Positions 45,955 to 56,656 of a stretch of 64,000 nucleotides of DNA are shown piece after piece (the first letter of the stretch is position 1; every line of letters starts with the position of its first letter). The stretch lies in the IMG/VR virus record IMGVR_UViG_3300037067_011079, positions 781-64,780 of that record. The stretch is one strand, 5' to 3'. Both the position numbers and the translations under genes were made by a program. The DNA comes from a virus (taxonomy: Duplodnaviria > Caudoviricetes). The notes under the pieces were generated by a model. The model did no database searches. It was not told where the DNA came from and saw only the letters and a list, made by a program, of their open reading frames with translations.

Positions 45955-48616
45955 ACATGATTGCTGAGGTGGCCCGGCTGAAAGAACTGGAAGGCAGGCT
46001 CGCCGCGATCAAGGCCCGGCAACGCGACACCGGTAAGCCGAATCACGCGCTGCTTGAACGGCTGGATATCGAACGCTGCCTGGCAAATGCTTTGCCGGCC
46101 ATACTCGATGTCTTGGGTGGCTTCCAGCCAGGTGACGGTGATCTGCTGGAAGAAATGATTTCTTGGATGGAGGCAATGGACGCAGACGCCAGGAAAGACG
46201 GCATCATAGACGGATTTCTGCAAGAAGAGATTGATGTCTTGCGTCGGATGCAAGCGATGGCGGTACGGATGGAGGAGAGCAAATGAAAGACATTCTTGCA
46301 ATTCGTAGAATATTAGCAGATATATATTATCTGCGAAACATGGCGGTCACCGCCGTAGATGAGCGCGACCAGACCACTCTCGTAAATGAATTGAGAGAGA
46401 TGAAAAGAAAAATAGCGACTTTGGAAGCGATGGCCATCCAGATGGAAGCAAGCGACCCCATGCCCACCAGCGAGCTAGACCGGATCGCGAAACAGCATAC
46501 CACGGGAGGGCCGATATGAGCAAATTTGATATTGCAAAGGCCCGTCAGGAAAAACGGGTATCCGAGATCGTAGATCATCTTTTGCCCGCTGCTCTGGGTG
46601 AGATCGAACGGCTAACCCGCCTGGTAGATGAAACTGTGGTCCAACTTGGTGCGTGCCGGTTGGTCGCAAAACAAATCCAGAATGGGCAGGCCAAGCGCAT
46701 AGCAGAGCTGGAAGCTGCGCTTCAAGTCGAAAAATCAGCGCACGGGGGGACCAAATACGCTGCTGCCGAAACATCGAATCAGGCGTTCTCGCGGATCGCC
46801 AAGCAGCGTGCCGCTCTCAAGAAGCTAGGCGAGAAGGTCCGGCAGAGGGGCAAGGCGCTGGTTGAGGAGCGAGCAAGGTGCATCGCATGCGACGCATCCG
46901 GCGATTTCGTGGATGTGCGCGGGGAGTATATGTTCCGTATAGTCTCGCCTAACATTAATGTAGCCCGCGATCAGCTTCGTCAGGAGGGCTTGCTATGAGC
47001 CCCGAGGAGCTGGATGGCATGCGCGCAATGGTCGGGATCAAAGATCCTGGACGATTTGGGTTTGCTGGCAAATTGCTTGCCCATATAGATGAACAGGCCA
47101 AGCAGATCGAATCTTGGCGACAAGCATGTTTCCTGCGCACCCAGGTCGTCGGACAGGTTGAACGGGAAAATCACAAGCTGCGAGACCAGATCGCGACCTT
47201 GAAGGCGGCACTCATAACCGAAAAGGCGATGTCCCTCCATTGGTACCAGACCGCAAAAGAAGGAGAAACCCGCGATTGGGAAGAATATTCTGGCGAAGAG
47301 CAAGAATCTAGATTGTGGTATGCGGAGCATCGTTTGGCCCGCGAGCTACCCGATATTTTTGGAGATGATAGGATATGAGCGATATAGCAGACAGAGCTGA
47401 GGCTATTCTAAACAAGACATGGCATTACCCGGAAGATGCGTATGCTGCCTTTGAGATGCTGCCCGAATTGGTAACTGAGATCAAGCGGCTGCGAGAAGAA
47501 AAAACCAAAATGGTAGACGATTGGCAGGATGAACTAGATGGATGCCAAGAATGTGAAAAAGACTATGAGGGCAGATTATCGGATCTGATGGCTAACTGCA
47601 ACCAGCTAAGAACCCGATGCTGGAAAGCAGAAGAGGATTGCAAGAGATGGCAACAAGTTGCCATCGAAGCAAAAGCAGTCTTGCACTTCGTGAATTTCCC
47701 TAATAGAGAACAAGGTTTCTACTTACAACCAAAGGAAATACAGGACAACTACCGCAAGCAAACGGCCAAAGAACTTGGCTTGCAAATGGAGCAAGAAGCG
47801 AGCTATACAGATAGATTGGAGCGGTTGGCTTTATCAATGTGCCTAGAAGCTGGATGGGACCAATCCGATTTTGAGGCGGCCTTAGCTGAGATCAGGGAGG
47901 GCATATGCCAGAAATAAGTGTAGTTATATTCGATCTTCCTGAATATAAATATCAGGATATGATATATCAAGGTGATCGGGAAACATGCACTCAATTGCTG
48001 GAGGCAATTAGAACATTGATGAATGGATGGGAGGGCAGGGAATGAAAGACATGCTTGCCCGGCTTGAGAAGGCCGATCCAGAGACATACCAACGGATTAC
48101 TGAATTCCACTGGTTAGATGACATCATGAGCCGGCATGAATATGAATGCGATGAGTGGGGGCATCGCGCCACCCTAAGCATGCCGGATTTCTACGAGGAT
48201 GCGATCTTACAGGCGGTGTTGCAAGAGGCAATAACAAGCCGCGGATGGCTCTTAGAGCAGTCCACATACACCGTTAAACCATCGGCTAAAATCTGGAAGA
48301 CGGCCGACCCGATATGGAAGACCTATAGGGGCGTCGGTGATTCGCCTGTAGCGGCATTGCTCGCGGCTTACCTATCAGCTATCGAGGAGCAAGCATGAGC
48401 GACATGCAAGAAATCCTAGATAGGATGCGACAAGACGCACGCGATCTGTCATACTATTGCTTCGATTCGCGAGATATATCAGAATGCATATATTATTTTG
48501 CGAAGGAAGGTTATTCGGCAGAGGATATTAATATAAAAGTTAAAGAATTGCTTAAGGGATGCAGACATTCCGGCGATCTGTGGAATTGGATGTATCATAA
48601 TGGGGTGCAAGCATGA
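45951..48616 (+). CDS. Operon of small hypothetical, mostly coiled-coil proteins (45951-46286, 46283-46519, 46516-46998, 46995-47378, 47375-47917, 48027-48398, 48395-48616)
   Basis: Chain of ATGA overlaps with GGAG/GGAGG SD sites. Confidence 0.75.
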
Positions 48617-48795
48617 GCAAGCAGCGTGGCCCCAAAGGTCGCAGACAATCCGACATCGTGGAAGATGAGATGTACAGGCAGCTACTCACAGAAGAGCGAG
48701 CGAATGATGCCACGCTGCCGAGCTGTATGGATCAGCCGAGCGGTGATTGGCAATGAGCATCTGTCTGTTACGAGGGCTTTTTGGGGAGCCCTCTA

Positions 48796-49512
48796 TCAAG
48801 CAAATGTAACTACTTTTACGCCTTCATGCTCCAAGTAATCCAGAGAATCCTTATCAAGTTCTGTATATGTTGTTATTACCATGCGCATAGGTATTATCAC
48901 AGATCTATTCGGCAACGTCCTTCTAAGAAGGCTATTATACGTCTTGAGTTGTCGCAAAACATCGCCAATGCTATTAAGTTCCGGTTTAGCTTCAATCAGC
49001 GTGTCTGCTTGCAATTCAAATTGCCCCTTTACATACGGCTTACTATACCCCAAATCAACGCAAACGTCGCCGCTATAGAGCGATCTGATAATAGCATCTG
49101 CATAACCTATTATAAAATTTCCACTTCGAGCGATCACTTCCGTTTCATAGGAATGCTTCACCGAAATGTTTTCAAGAGTTGGTTTGGCTTCGATTTGTCG
49201 AATGGTCTTAGTGCAGATCGATTGACATGAGCAACCATAAAAATTGCACCGGTTATCATATCCGATGGTTGGAATCTCCCGATTATAGCCATCGGACCAC
49301 CCGGAATATATCGTCATTGTCTTATCAGATCGCTCGCATACGGTATATTTCTCGTTTAGGTACAATTGCCTTTTACGATCATTATACACAACTGTATCGA
49401 TGTCAATGGCATCTAACACTCGCTTTATTCCATCTTCGGATAGTGTTTTTATCATCAATTTATCATGTTTAGGTGATCCGGCTTTAAAGAATTCCTCATG
49501 AAACTTACTCAT
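48796..49512 (-). CDS. PD-(D/E)xK restriction-endonuclease-like protein
   Basis: GYADAII...LIEAKP..NSIGDVLRQLKTY. Confidence 0.65.
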   Translation of the reverse strand: MSKFHEEFFKAGSPKHDKLMIKTLSEDGIKRVLDAIDIDTVVYNDRKRQLYLNEKYTVCERSDKTMTIYSGWSDGYNREIPTIGYDNRCNFYGCSCQSICTKTIRQIEAKPTLENISVKHSYETEVIARSGNFIIGYADAIIRSLYSGDVCVDLGYSKPYVKGQFELQADTLIEAKPELNSIGDVLRQLKTYNSLLRRTLPNRSVIIPMRMVITTYTELDKDSLDYLEHEGVKVVTFA

Positions 49513-49621
49513 CGTCATCACCCGCAAGCTCCATTATGAAATCATGCCAGGACTTCCCGTCCTTCTTTTTCATAAGGCGTTCCATTTCTTCATCCTCGAA
49601 GGTTATTCGTATGTGTTTCAT
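49505..49621 (-). CDS. 38 aa RHH/antitoxin-like protein
   Basis: MKHIRITFEDEEMERLMKKKDGKSWHDFIMEL. Confidence 0.6.
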   Translation of the reverse strand: MKHIRITFEDEEMERLMKKKDGKSWHDFIMELAGDDDE

Positions 49622-49659
49622 CAATCAATGATTGACTTAATCACATAAATAGCGTTCGG

Positions 49660-51996
49660 TCACGTCTTAAAGATCGCCTGCTTATCTATATAAGTCCTGA
49701 AATGCTCTTTTCTTAAAGCATCCTGTTTATCGACTTCTTCTTTGGTGAGGACATGAGGACATGAATGGGACACTGAATGGGACAATATATTAGTATCTAT
49801 ATCACTATCTATCTCTTCATTTTTCTTATTATCTATCTTACTGTCCTCACTGTCCTCATGATTTTTGCCCTTTTCTACAAAGAAATTTTCTTTGTCTTTC
49901 TCCCTACAATCTCTCTTATTCTCATGGGACGGCGGGGTTTTGGGGACATTTGCCCCCCCGTTATCGGTTTTGCTGTCCTCATCATGTCCTTTGCCCGTGT
50001 AAATCTCCAGTGCTTCTTTAGAAATCAACCACCCATAAACACGGCTCTTATTCAACCGATATCGATATTTGCGCCTACCCTCATCCAGAACCAAGTAATC
50101 CGACTGGGCCAATGCGTCTGTAAGACTCGCCTCTGTCGGGATCTGAGTAAATACGCCGATCCGTTTTAAGGCAAACAAAGTTGCTTTTGGCTCCAGGAAA
50201 ATGCCCTTTCCGGCTATCTCTTTGCCTATAATCTCGCGATTGAATGAGTCCACAACTTCACTTGATTGAATCAATCCTGGTTGTGTAGCGAGCAGAGCAG
50301 CCACGCCAGACATGAGTTTTGCGACCTCAGTTTCCTCGCTCACCATCGCGCCTTGCTCCTCTGCACACCTGTCTAGCTCAGATAGAAACCGCTTAGACCT
50401 GGTCTCAAAGACATCTGCGAAAGGAGAGGCTAACAGTGCTGCCCATGTCGCCCTAAGCAGCGTGTAGATGGTCGCCAAGCGGCCTGAATTGACATAGTTC
50501 TTCTCATTGAACTCATCTGTCTTGGCAGTCCTATTCTCTTCGAAGCCTTCCAGGTTAAGCTCTGTGGCCGCGAGATGCCTTAACCAGTGATAACCGATCA
50601 CTGGCAAATCCTTGATGTGCTTGGCCACATAATCGACCTCTGCTTTGCTCTTTGGCTCGGACCATTTCAGGTTGAAGATTCTCGCAGAGGTACTTGCCTC
50701 ATCGGGTTTGATCTCGCCTGTCACTATCGGCGTGCAACAGAACGCCTTGCTGTCCCTGATCCCGCCGTCTTTCTTGCCACGAACCTTGTCTTTTCCTTCG
50801 ATCACGCTATGGATAGTAGCGATATATTGTTGAGCATCGCGAGGATCTACACTTTTGACATTATCGATAATATGAGGCAGAATGCCAGCGCCGCCCAAAA
50901 CCTCGGACTGCCCAACGCCCGTAGAACTATTTCTACCAAACTTAAGAAGATTGATGTCATCGTTATAACCTTCCCCATATATGCCCATAGCCTTCTTAGC
51001 TATCGATGTCTTGAGGCTTCCAGACCTGCCCCAAACACCCACTCCAAACCGATCATTGGAAAAACATCTGGCATATATCGGCGCGCCAAATATCGCAGTA
51101 ACCAAGATCGGTGTTGGTCCTGGGATGTCTAGCAGCTTGCCCAGGCAGTCTTTGGCATTCTGCAAGTTGCCATCATGGACTTGAGCCGGTATCATATCGA
51201 GCAGCTTAAATTCTATGTCATCTGCAAGATCCACGCCGGGAACCATCGGCTTACCATCTACCCAGGCCGGTGCTGTGAGCCGCCTTCTTTTTATAGTGTT
51301 CCTTGTTATCTTTTGAATCGTATCAAAAGTTAGCTCACCTAATCGATTTGCAGCGCCAAAAGCATTAGTGAGCATCGCCTTAAGTTTTCGCGAATCGGGA
51401 CAATCCCCCGCGGCCATCACGAACCGGACATGTCTCTTATCTGCCGATCCTGCTCCCTCAAAGACAAATTCCGTCTCATCCTCTGCGATTGTCTCAGTGT
51501 GAATGTAAACGGCACAATCTGACACCCATTCAAGCACCTTGGCCGTCTCACCGCTTTTTTTTTCGACCATCTTAACTTTCTTGATCGCGCCATCTTCGTC
51601 TATGCCTATGCTGCCCGGATCATCGGACAGATAGACTCTAACCGCGGTGGGCTGATCACCGGGCGGCACAATTGGCCTTTCGTAGTAAGTACATTTGACA
51701 TTTGTGCATCCATTCAAGAAGCTTGCCGACCCCATCAGTTCTTTGCAGGATAGCTCTATTTCGCTGTTATAGGCCGCTTTGACATGCAGACCTATCTCCT
51801 CTATATCCAAATCCTCTAAACTGTCCGTGTGGTCAAATAAACGGCTTATGTGCATGGCCGCGACAGATTCATCTGCACCGCAAAACTTGAACCACTTTCC
51901 CAGATTGATGCACCATGCAAGGCCATCTTCGGGCGTTGGACCGTGCTGCTTGGCGTGCTCGATGCAGGGAGGGATAACCTCTTTCGAGAAGGTCAT
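49660..51996 (-). CDS. Replication protein: N-terminal PriL-C-like Cys domain plus DUF927-like P-loop helicase
   Basis: IPPCI...SCKEL...GC...CTYY; GRSGSLKT Walker A; IIDNV Walker B. Confidence 0.7.
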   Translation of the reverse strand: MTFSKEVIPPCIEHAKQHGPTPEDGLAWCINLGKWFKFCGADESVAAMHISRLFDHTDSLEDLDIEEIGLHVKAAYNSEIELSCKELMGSASFLNGCTNVKCTYYERPIVPPGDQPTAVRVYLSDDPGSIGIDEDGAIKKVKMVEKKSGETAKVLEWVSDCAVYIHTETIAEDETEFVFEGAGSADKRHVRFVMAAGDCPDSRKLKAMLTNAFGAANRLGELTFDTIQKITRNTIKRRRLTAPAWVDGKPMVPGVDLADDIEFKLLDMIPAQVHDGNLQNAKDCLGKLLDIPGPTPILVTAIFGAPIYARCFSNDRFGVGVWGRSGSLKTSIAKKAMGIYGEGYNDDINLLKFGRNSSTGVGQSEVLGGAGILPHIIDNVKSVDPRDAQQYIATIHSVIEGKDKVRGKKDGGIRDSKAFCCTPIVTGEIKPDEASTSARIFNLKWSEPKSKAEVDYVAKHIKDLPVIGYHWLRHLAATELNLEGFEENRTAKTDEFNEKNYVNSGRLATIYTLLRATWAALLASPFADVFETRSKRFLSELDRCAEEQGAMVSEETEVAKLMSGVAALLATQPGLIQSSEVVDSFNREIIGKEIAGKGIFLEPKATLFALKRIGVFTQIPTEASLTDALAQSDYLVLDEGRRKYRYRLNKSRVYGWLISKEALEIYTGKGHDEDSKTDNGGANVPKTPPSHENKRDCREKDKENFFVEKGKNHEDSEDSKIDNKKNEEIDSDIDTNILSHSVSHSCPHVLTKEEVDKQDALRKEHFRTYIDKQAIFKT

Positions 51997-52277
51997 TTGA
52001 TCACCTGCTTGAGCTTTTCGTATGCGGCGTTCACTTGTTGCATGGTCCGCGTATCGCCGCCTTTGTCCGGGTGATGCTGGTTCGCAAGAGCCCTATAACC
52101 TGCCTGAATGATGCGTTCCATCATAGGCATTTTCGCATCCAGATAGGCCACGCGGCGCTCCTTTTCACCCCTAAACATCTTCAGATTGGCTTCGTTGGAG
52201 GTGATCATATACTCGATATAATCATCAGGGACATCCGAAAGCTCCCATCCATTGTACTTTCCAAACGAGAGCTTCAT
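51993..52277 (-). CDS. Truncated J-domain protein with an N-terminal FGKY motif
   Basis: MKLSFGKYNGWELSDVPDDYIEY; YRALANQHHPDKGGD...VNAAYE. Confidence 0.8.
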   Translation of the reverse strand: MKLSFGKYNGWELSDVPDDYIEYMITSNEANLKMFRGEKERRVAYLDAKMPMMERIIQAGYRALANQHHPDKGGDTRTMQQVNAAYEKLKQVIK

Positions 52278-52731
52278 CAGGCCCACCCCCACATTTTCAT
52301 GTAGTAACGATACTTGATACCCGGCCCCCAAATAATGTAAGTCCGATGAAACGCCTTCGCCTTGCCCCGTTTTTTGATTATGTTCTTGGCTTTCAGAGTT
52401 TGGACTAACCGCTGGTCCAATTGCATCTCTGAAGCGGTCATATTGTGGCTATCTAACTCATGGAGGCGGGATGCTTCTAACAGCTCATGGAATTCCTTAG
52501 AACGAATTCTCATGCTATAGCCGCCTTTATCCGGTGTCTGCCGTCTGCCTCCAATCGCGACTCATAATTAAGCTGAGTTGCCGCTTTTAGGAAAGCATCC
52601 GGGCGTATCGGCACGCCTGCCCATCTTGATACTCTGCTCGCATAATCTTCACAAGACCTTGGCGCATAGTGTTTTGCCGGTCTAGCGAAGTATCTAAGCC
52701 ATTTCCTGGCTAAATCGATCTCATCTTGCAT
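52277..52731 (-). CDS. Two small hypothetical proteins (52277-52513, 52510-52731)
   Basis: ATGA coupling in the replication operon. Confidence 0.6.
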
Positions 52732-52741
52732 GTTTCGCTCC

Positions 52742-52804
52742 TTGGTTGGTAATGTTTATATTAGCGGATAAATGTATATCTTTGGTTACCAATGTACATC
52801 TTTG
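52742..52804. repeat. Three direct repeats at 20 bp period upstream of the replication operon
   Basis: AATGTTTATATTAG (52751), AATGTATATCTTTG (52771), AATGTACATCTTTG (52791). Confidence 0.6.
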
Positions 52805-53146
52805 TACGTCCTATAGATTCGACCTAATCTATTGTCTCTCTATATCACCTTCGGCCTGCCCCGCTTATGCGTTTTCTTCAGCCTGAACATGGATGGCTTA
52901 AACCTGCATGTATCGCTATCCGCAATGCCAGCATATTCAGATCGGCATCGGTTGATCCAGCGACAAGAACCACATTGATCTTTCATGCCCGATCCATCCT
53001 TTCAATCGCCTCAATGATCGCCGACTCCGCCGTCTTGCCCTGACCACATACTTTTCCGGCCAATTCGCATACAAACGTGTCAATTACTGGCACATAATCA
53101 AGCGTCATGTGCCACTTCTCTTGTTTTATGCGGGAAAGCAGCTCAT

Positions 53147-53350
53147 TCATTGCCAGACCCCATTATCCAGTATCACCGGTGCTTGCATCGGCCATTCACC
53201 ATTATGCTTGACAATGTAATCAGTCAGCAATTCACCATCTTCTAGCAAATCCTGGATAGGTTTCTCAGCATATGCAATGTTAGCTTTCTTCCATTCGGCC
53301 ATCTGTCTATGGCAGTTTGGACAGTTGGCTGTTGTATAGATAATCAGCAT
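53147..53350 (-). CDS. Glutaredoxin-like (NrdH-type) protein
   Basis: IYTTANCPNC; QAPVILDNG. Confidence 0.8.
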   Translation of the reverse strand: MLIIYTTANCPNCHRQMAEWKKANIAYAEKPIQDLLEDGELLTDYIVKHNGEWPMQAPVILDNGVWQ

Positions 53351-53805
53351 TTTTCAACCGCCTTTGACGCCAAAAGCATTGTCAGTAAGACTAATATTCC
53401 TTCAGTTAAAAATATCAGATTTTGCATGTCAGTGTGTTGATTTTCTGCGTATGAATGCGCATACATAAACACGACACCTATAAAGACGCCAATCGTAGCA
53501 ACGGCGCGCGTCATTCAGTATCATCTCCTCGCTTATAGCCCCAAATCGCCATCAGAACATCCACAGATTCTTCGCTCATTGCTCATCCCTCAATATTTTT
53601 AATTCGCTATCGCAGATATTAATTCCATCCTGGTAGTCATCCCTCGCCTCGACATAACAGGCCTTTTGCGCTTCCAGCATGGCGATCCTCTCATATGCCG
53701 GAATGAGTCGCGTTGTCGGCCTGGTCGGCCGGTCCCTCTTGGAATGGATTGGATGGGTCGCCAGGACCATCTCATGTCTTCGTATTGCATCGACGTCAAA
53801 ATCGT

Positions 53806-54308
53806 TCATTTCATCACCCGATAAATCCTATCCGGCCCCTTCACGATCTCACCCAACTGAACCAATTTTGTTAGCGCCTTGCTGGTCTGGCTTTGTGCCC
53901 TGCCGATGGTGGTATGAATCTCATGCAACCCCATTGGGCCACGTGTTCTGAGAACATCCAAAATTTCTTGTTGGCTCATAATATCACTCGATACTTCTCG
54001 CCGCCAAAATAGCATCTCTCTATGGCCGATCGCGCTTGCAGGGCAGTCAGATGCCTCATGACGGGCCCTCTTTCTTGGTGTAGGCACAATTCTATGTCGA
54101 ACACCGAGCACGGGCCGTGCTGCTCGATATACGCAAGAATCTCCTGCCGATCCTTGCACCTGTAAGCTGTGTATTGGTTACACTGGCTATCTGTCGCATA
54201 CCGATCTCTCGGAAACGCACATGCCGGCACATACAGGCCATTGAAGTGCCCGGCCTCGCCGACTGCCTTGAACCTCATGATTCCCTCTGTGATGTTGCCA
54301 GCAGCCAT
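53806..54308 (-). CDS. Two wHTH proteins (53806-53979, 53976-54308)
   Basis: QQEILDVLRTRGPM...SKALTKLVQLGEI; QEILAYIEQHGP...RHLTALQARSAI. Confidence 0.65.
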
Positions 54309-54360
54309 ATGTAAAACGGCCCCAGAAACAGCAGCAACAGACCTAAAATCAATATGGCAC

Positions 54361-54597
54361 TCATGCTTGACACCTGATTACATGCCAGGTAGTCCCATTC
54401 AGCCCAACCACGCCGGTCTGGGTCACATTATACCCATGCATGGCAAGCAAAAAGGCGGATTCCTCATCAGTCAGGTTATCGCCCGGCAACTCGATCTCCA
54501 TGATATGTGAGCCGGTGCCGTTGGCGCTACCGGATTCTTCAAGGCAGATCGCCCTGGCAAGTGAAATGCAGAAAAATGCAATTGCTAAGATTCGCAT
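54361..54597 (-). CDS. Small secreted protein
   Basis: Signal peptide MRILAIAFFCISLARA. Confidence 0.55.
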   Translation of the reverse strand: MRILAIAFFCISLARAICLEESGSANGTGSHIMEIELPGDNLTDEESAFLLAMHGYNVTQTGVVGLNGTTWHVIRCQA

Positions 54598-54805
54598 ATC
54601 CCCTCCACATGCTAACACGCCGCACGGAAGGCTTTTATAGACAAATGACGACTATATGTACTAGGGGTGGCCGGTTCATGTGCCGGCTGCCTAGCATGTG
54701 CCTTCGGGCGCATGTTCTCCTTGGTTCGGGCCGGGCCTGGTAAGCCGCTATTTTTGGCCCGAACCTAATCTTAATTACTATACATTTGGTAAGGTAATCA
54801 GTTAT

Positions 54806-54964
54806 TTATACTTTGGGATTGATATTATCTCGATCATTCATTATAATGATCGCTCTTGTCACAATTTCCCCCCTTGTGACATGATTCTTTGCCGCCAAAT
54901 GGTCAATCATCGCGTCGGTTTCCGGCGCGAGCTGGAAGCAATATGCCTTCTTTCCTAATCCCAT
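54806..54964 (-). CDS. RHH (CopG-like) regulator
   Basis: YCFQLAPETDAMIDHLAAKNHVTRGEIVTRAI. Confidence 0.7.
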   Translation of the reverse strand: MGLGKKAYCFQLAPETDAMIDHLAAKNHVTRGEIVTRAIIIMNDRDNINPKV

Positions 54965-55057
54965 CTCTTCCCTCCCTTGTCTGCGGCGGACAATGCTATT
55001 TATACTCATGTTCGCCAAATACAATCATTATATCAATCCTATATAACCTTTTCTCCC

Positions 55058-55795
55058 TCAAACCAGATGCAACAGCGCATAAATCCATATCATCCAGCCA
55101 TCAATAAGCAGATCGTATTGCAAGTTAGGGCGCTGCTTACTGAAATAAAGTATAAAGATCCCAATCATGGCCGCGATAACTGGCGACAAAAAGGCAATCG
55201 GTACGTCGATGGCCGCCAGGACCATTAGCGTTCGCGAAGATCCGAGGATAACGGGCAAGGTTCGGACCCCATTCATGGAGTCGCCGCAAATATCCCTCAG
55301 ATCAGAGAATATTGTGCCGGCCATCATGAGCAAAAAGATCAGCATGTAGCCGCTGCCGGTCAGCCAGCCATAGCAGAAAGCGGTTGCAGTGGCGACAATC
55401 AGATTCTTGGCTAGAGGAATGTCCTTTGGCCGGATACCGCAAATCCTTGTTGTATAGAGTGCTCCAGCGATACCTGGCGCGAGTACGGCATATATCGCGA
55501 TAGGCCGCCAGACAGTCACTAACACGATTGCAGCGACGTAGGCAAAGGCAGCAAGCCGCTTAATAGGATACTTGGCAAGCATTGCTCTGTCAGGATCATT
55601 CAGCAAGTCCTCTCGCGAACCTGACACCTTGTCAATCGCATAGACTGCCCATGTGACCAAGAAAACAAGCGCGCTTGCTATCGGATCATAAGGCAGGCCA
55701 TATATCTTGCAGATGATCGCCGGGCCGAGGGAGGCGCTTAGGGCAATCCATATAGAAGATATAGACAATAGACGAAAGATATAGATTAAGGACAT
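55058..55795 (-). CDS. UbiA-family prenyltransferase-like membrane protein
   Basis: Multiple TM helices; VYAIDK...EDLLNDPDR; KDIPLAKN; DLRDICGD..NGVRTLPVILG. Confidence 0.85.
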   Translation of the reverse strand: MSLIYIFRLLSISSIWIALSASLGPAIICKIYGLPYDPIASALVFLVTWAVYAIDKVSGSREDLLNDPDRAMLAKYPIKRLAAFAYVAAIVLVTVWRPIAIYAVLAPGIAGALYTTRICGIRPKDIPLAKNLIVATATAFCYGWLTGSGYMLIFLLMMAGTIFSDLRDICGDSMNGVRTLPVILGSSRTLMVLAAIDVPIAFLSPVIAAMIGIFILYFSKQRPNLQYDLLIDGWMIWIYALLHLV

Positions 55796-55885
55796 AAAAA
55801 TAGCACCGTGCCTGAAGTATATAGATTATAGGAAAAGATGGAAGGAATATTTATAAGTGAGCTGAAAAGGTGAAACTAAAAGAGT

Positions 55886-56656
55886 TTAAACTTTATGGGA
55901 TAGGTTTTTATAATGATTGAATAATCGCATCCCCCATTCTACCGCCCCCGCCCCTCTGCATACTAGATCCTGATTGGTATCGTACTTGCCCGAGAGGAGA
56001 TACAATCCAAGCGATAATATGTCATCGGCCACTGTGAAGGCCGTCTTAACTTCCTGATCTATCTGATACAGATGGAAGTTGCTCGCGGCAAGCAAGCTCT
56101 TGAGCTGCTCCTGGTCGAGCAAGGCCATGATCTCGCTTGTCAGGATCAAGTGGACTTCGGCTCCTGCCTCTACCAGTCCTGCAATGAGCTCTGCATGACC
56201 CGGTGCAATGACAGGCGACACTGCCCACATATGCTTTGCCTTCGATGTTTCCCGCAAGAAGCCATCCAATGACTTCATCACGAAGCCATTGTCCTGTACG
56301 CATTGGCCGCCAGACAGCAAACCTATATCGGCCAACAGCCCAGCTGGAATGCCTGAGATATCATGAGATTGCCAAAAGGCAGCATTCTCATCCAGAGCAA
56401 TCAGGCAAGAAAGCAGCCGGTTAAGGGCCTCGGCCCGGATCATGCCTAGATTGGTCAGATGATATGTCGTCCCTTCCTTCGCGATCTCTTCTCGCATGGC
56501 CGCAATCGAATGTGCCACAGTTGATGTGCTCGCGCCAACGACCCCCGATAGAGGCCTAATCGGCATTGGCCCATCTCGGAGGGCTAGAAGGATCTTACCC
56601 CTGGTAGATGAGCCTGTTAAGGCGCGTAAGCCGGCTTCGGCTTGATTATAGATCAT
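55886..56656 (-). CDS. Archaeal wHTH regulator with a DUF1724-like C-terminal domain
   Basis: STRGKILLAL..GP..L; FWQSHDISGIP..LL..I..L; LGLY..SG.YD..DL..A.EWG..LF. Confidence 0.85.
   Translation of the reverse strand: MIYNQAEAGLRALTGSSTRGKILLALRDGPMPIRPLSGVVGASTSTVAHSIAAMREEIAKEGTTYHLTNLGMIRAEALNRLLSCLIALDENAAFWQSHDISGIPAGLLADIGLLSGGQCVQDNGFVMKSLDGFLRETSKAKHMWAVSPVIAPGHAELIAGLVEAGAEVHLILTSEIMALLDQEQLKSLLAASNFHLYQIDQEVKTAFTVADDILSLGLYLLSGKYDTNQDLVCRGAGAVEWGMRLFNHYKNLSHKV

Noticed and set aside
49531-49555. Two adjacent 12-mers matching 39059-39070 (inverted) and 39170-39181 (direct), like an inversion junction
   Set aside because: 12-mer matches are common in 64 kb, the site lies in a plausible coding ORF, and no recombinase is present.
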